Source: Saprolegnia diclina VS20
Lineage: Eukaryota
Assembly: GCF_000281045.1 (NCBI RefSeq)
Contig: NW_008246092.1
Location: forward strand, 325,637-389,636
Direction of reading: 5' to 3'
DNA length: 64,000 bases
The translations under genes were made by a program, and so were the position numbers. This document shows positions 61,671 to 64,000 of this stretch, one piece after another (the first letter of the stretch is position 1; every line of letters starts with the position of its first letter). The notes under the pieces are model-generated. The model had not been told where the DNA came from, made no database searches, and worked only from the letters and a program-made list of their open reading frames with translations.

Positions 61671-62886
61671 ATGCGGCTGCTCCTCGCGCTCGTGCTCTTC
61701 ACCGTCTACGCCGCCGAGGCGAGTCCGTTCCTCTTTGTGGGCAGCAAGACCAACGCAGCCGACCCGTCGCCGATCGGCCTGACGATCTATAGCAACTCGA
61801 ACGGCCACCTGCGCGAAGTGCTGCACCAGTCGAACGTCACGACGGGCAACGAGCCAACGTACTTGACGGTGACGCAAGACCGCCGGTTCTTGTACATGAC
61901 CAACGAAGTCGATATCGGTCACGTCGCGTCCTTCAAGATTGACGATGCCGGGACGTCGCTGACGCTGACACCGCTCGGCCTCGCACCGACCGCGTCGCAC
62001 GGCCCCGTGCACATTGCGCCGACCAAAAGCGGGTGGTTTGTCTTGATTGCAAGCTATAATATTGGCAGCGTCACGGTACGTTATTGCGCTTACACGCTCG
62101 ACGTCGGCTTCACGTTGACGGGATATCTAGGTCATGCAGGTGGACGCGAACGGGTTTGCAGACCGCATTGCGCACCAAGTGGTGTTTTCGGGGGGCAGCC
62201 ACGTCGTGCCCGGCCGCCAGGACGGACCCCACGCACACTGCGTTGCCTTGAGCCCCAACGACGATTTCGTGTACGTTAGCAACTCGTGTGGGACGCGCCT
62301 TATCGAGAGACGACGTAGGTTTGTCACGGACCTCGGGAACGACCGCATCATGCAGTTTGCCTTTGACGCGACGACGGGCTACCTCACGCCGAACGCCGTG
62401 CCTTATGTGGACGTTGGACCGGGCACGCTGCCACGTCACATGGCGTTTCACCCGAGTGGAGAGTACCTCTACTTGACGACCGAGGCGTCCAACGAGCTCA
62501 AAAAGTACGCCTTCGACCCGGTCTTGGGCACGCTGACGCTGGTCGCGTCGGTGACGACGACGAGCGCGACCGGCGTTCTCACGGGTGCGATCCACGTCAC
62601 ATCCAGCGGCCGCTTCGTGCTCGTCTCGAACCGGTACGGCGCCCCGGCGTCCGACGACAGCATCGTCGTCTACGACACCGACACGCTTGCGCACGTCGGC
62701 ACGTACCGCACCTCGACATGGGGCGGCCCGCGCGACTTTACGATCACGGACGACGACTTTGTCTACGTCACCAACGAAAACACCAACTCGATCGACACGT
62801 TCCAGCTCATGCCCGACGGCGAGCTGCGGCACTTACCGCTCTCGCAGCCGCGCCCGTTTCACCCGCAAGTGATTGTACCCTTTTAA
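61671..62886 (+). CDS. Secreted 7-bladed beta-propeller lactonase (Pgl/YbhE, muconate cycloisomerase-like); 3 exons
   Basis: Signal peptide MRLLLALVLFTVYA; RQDGPHAHC, VTDLGNDRI, GTLPRHMAFHP, VSNR, PRDF. Confidence 0.87.
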
Positions 62887-63726
62887 GTCAACGACTGTAC
62901 CAGACGTTTCGCAGTTGAGGTGTTCATGCATCGCATCGGTTGGCGCAAAGTGGCATTATATATCCCATCCGATGGCCTCTGCACCGCAGCGACAAGCAAT
63001 CAAAGAAAATAGACCATAGTAAACAGTACTTAATTTCAAAGCTATGATTTTATGGGCCAAACCAAGTACGTATGGCCTTCGAACGGTGTACCTGTCCATA
63101 CATTGTTGTCAATAACAGGTCCCTTGCGGGGTGAGCTGGTAGGAACTTTTGTATTGAATGCGAAGCGTTGATTAACGGTATTGCGACGACGGCGCGCTTC
63201 TGCAATCGCACCTAAATGGAAAGTTGCGTGAATTTCGGTTAAGTACGCAGGCGCACTTCAGCGCAATTGTTATACTTTAATCAAGTATAACGTCCGGAAA
63301 ATGGACAGCACTTTACGGGGACACCAAAATCGCACTTCACGGGACACGTTTCGCGCGATGCGATTGGCTTAGACCAATGAATCTGCGTTTCATTGGCCAA
63401 ATGGCTCGATATATAGCCAATGGGTTGGCCGGATTGAGACACGACACATCGAATTAATCCCCTGGGATGCTGGTACACCACGTAAACGTTCCTACCAGGA
63501 ATATCTCGACATCCTTCGACCGGATCGCTCTGGAACTTCACCACCGTGCCACGCGCACATTTGCACGAGAGAGGAAGTGGCTTGTTGAGCAGTGCAACTG
63601 GGGCTCGTGCAGTGACAACCAAATTCTAGCGCACCAAAGTTACCTCTAGGATTCTGTCCCGTATTGCATGGAGGATCGAGCCGGCTTTGAGACTGGCACC
63701 AAGATAGTATTAAATTAAGGCGATGT

Positions 63727-64000
63727 TTACGGCGGCGCGATCGGTCCGTTGAGGATGTGGTCCAGAATCGAGGCGTACTTGTGGTCGTTCCCGCGCACGA
63801 TGAGGGACGTGAGGTAGTTGAGGGCGTCGTTGAAACCGCGTAGGATATGCGAAATACGATAGCAGTTGCGTCCTACGTTGTTGGGCGCGTGGAGTGGATC
63901 TTGAATGTACAGCGTCGTCCACGGCTCGCTATCCGTCACAAAGGCATGCAGCAACAACACGCCATGGGGCAGGACGCACCTTTGATCAATCCACGAGAGG
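63727..64000 (-). CDS. Non-canonical poly(A) polymerase (Trf4/Cid1-like), 3' end only
   Basis: PAP-associated motif LYIQDPLHAPNNVGRNCYRI; gene continues beyond the window. Confidence 0.65.
   Translation of the reverse strand, partial: LSWIDQRCVLPHGVLLLHAFVTDSEPWTTLYIQDPLHAPNNVGRNCYRISHILRGFNDALNYLTSLIVRGNDHKYASILDHILNGPIAPP

Overview
Eukaryotic, gene-dense, GC-rich genomic DNA with many very short (about 42-66 nt) GT..AG introns and one assembly gap (40325-40540). Gene content (Cys-type bZIP factors, 'HRREGCT' ankyrin proteins, CCAAT/INR-FPR-like promoters) points to an oomycete, probably Saprolegniales; this is inferred, not confirmed by search. About 33 protein-coding genes can be reconstructed by eye. 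Many are housekeeping: GH1 glucosidase, SAC3/LENG8, CNOT11, prolyl oligopeptidase, PTB/hnRNP-L, FPGS, ECD, EDRF1, Trf4-like PAP. The most striking locus is 42842-45550 (-), a spliced ~820-aa protein fusing an apparently active CHAT (caspase-like) protease, a STAND/NB-ARC-like ATPase and a STAT-type linker-SH2 module. This is an NLR-like architecture with a phosphotyrosine sensor. It sits tail-to-tail with a tandem array of four mucin-stalk membrane proteins that share a conserved C-terminal motif. Other notable items: an ankyrin gene with one repeat per 99-nt exon, a RING-Tubby fusion, an FN3 membrane protein with a MADS K-box-like tail, and several bacterial-type genes carrying introns. All domain calls come from motif recognition by eye; no database search was run.
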